Shown here: positions 63,089-64,000 of the stretch, piece by piece
Position numbering within the stretch: position 1 is the stretch's first letter
How the letters are laid out: each line of letters begins with the position of its first letter
Assembly (NCBI GenBank): GCA_951406725.2
Contig: OX597836.1
Coordinates: 30,070,001-30,134,000, forward strand
DNA: 64,000 nucleotides
From: Octopus vulgaris
Taxonomy: Eukaryota
Direction of reading: 5' to 3'
Made by a program: the position numbers and the translations under genes
Notes under the pieces: generated by a model
The model's input: only the letters and a program-made list of their open reading frames with translations
Databases searched by the model: none
What the model was told of the DNA's origin: nothing

Positions 63089-64000
63089 ATACACACATAC
63101 ATGCATCTGTATGTGTGTATGTATTTGTGTACAACTGTGCTTTAGCGCAGTTTCTATCTAAGCATATTCCTCTTACAAGGATTAGACTAATGAATTTGAC
63201 AAAAGACATTTTGCTCAAAGTGTTGCTGTGCATTGGGATTATATCTGGAACCATATGATTGCTAAGAAAACCTCTTGACAATAAAGCCATGTTGTTAAGA
63301 TATTTAAATACTTGTTTGTTACAAAATTATTCCAGCTGATTTACATATTTTTATATAATGAATAGGAATTCTAGTCTATTGAGAAAAGAGAGAATTTTTA
63401 TGAATGGATTTTCATTTTCCACTATTTTACAAACCACTTCTTTCTTCAAACTTGAATGTGTGGGAATTTTTTAATCACTCAGTTATTATCATTTAAATTG
63501 TGTTTTTGGGTGTGGATGGAAATTCACATGGAACACAGCTGGAGCTAATTAGTTTCACAGCTTAAAGTTTTTCCTATATCTCGCCACTCTAAATGAGGCT
63601 TCTAGAGTCACTCGATCAATTGGTCATAAGCATGAAGATGTAACTGAAATGTTTGCTTTGTAATACTATGGTTTCAGGTTCAATCCTTTTGCAAGGCACT
63701 TTGAACATGAATCTTATACTATGGCTTTGGGTTGATCAAGGCCTTGCACATAAAACTGCATAGATAGAAGTTCATTAAACTGAAACTGTTTTTGTACAGG
63801 AGACCTATTCTAGCTTTTGACCCTTCATTGCCTTTATCAGAGTCCTTTTTGTTGCAAGCATCTGGACCAAGCCTCCAGTAGAAGGTAACTCATGAAGCTG
63901 ATGTGCTGCTTCCTTCTGCAGCCACCCAAGAATTCTTCTTTCTACTCTTTCACTTTGCCTTCTCTACCATCTCCAGATTCTGAGACCCTGCTAAGGTCAT

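Overview
AT-rich, repeat-saturated eukaryotic DNA. It has the style of an Octopus (coleoid cephalopod) genome, inferred from the SINE families and the very dense (TA)n/(CA)n/(GTAT)n/(AAT)n microsatellites. No complete protein-coding gene is visible, and nearly all ORFs in the track are microsatellite or SINE artefacts. The window most likely lies in the long 5' introns of a minus-strand gene: there are two candidate alternative first coding exons (56297-56308 and 41067-41159), and the main SINE family is strongly biased to the + strand. Mobile DNA includes at least four SINE families, RTE and R4/Dong-type LINE relics, and piggyBac-, hAT-, pogo- and mariner-type MITEs, often nested and with readable TSDs. 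The most interesting signals are: (1) about nine type I hammerhead-ribozyme motifs of several unrelated families, two with intact cores (58652-58705 + and 60515-60563 -), mostly in short elements beside (TA)n tracts and next to long inverted repeats, consistent with Penelope-like or retrozyme-like elements; (2) an RTE LINE insertion with a 5' inversion and an 11-bp TSD (45436-46320), which is the twin-priming signature. All calls are from reading by eye; no searches or folding were run, and repeat boundaries are approximate.
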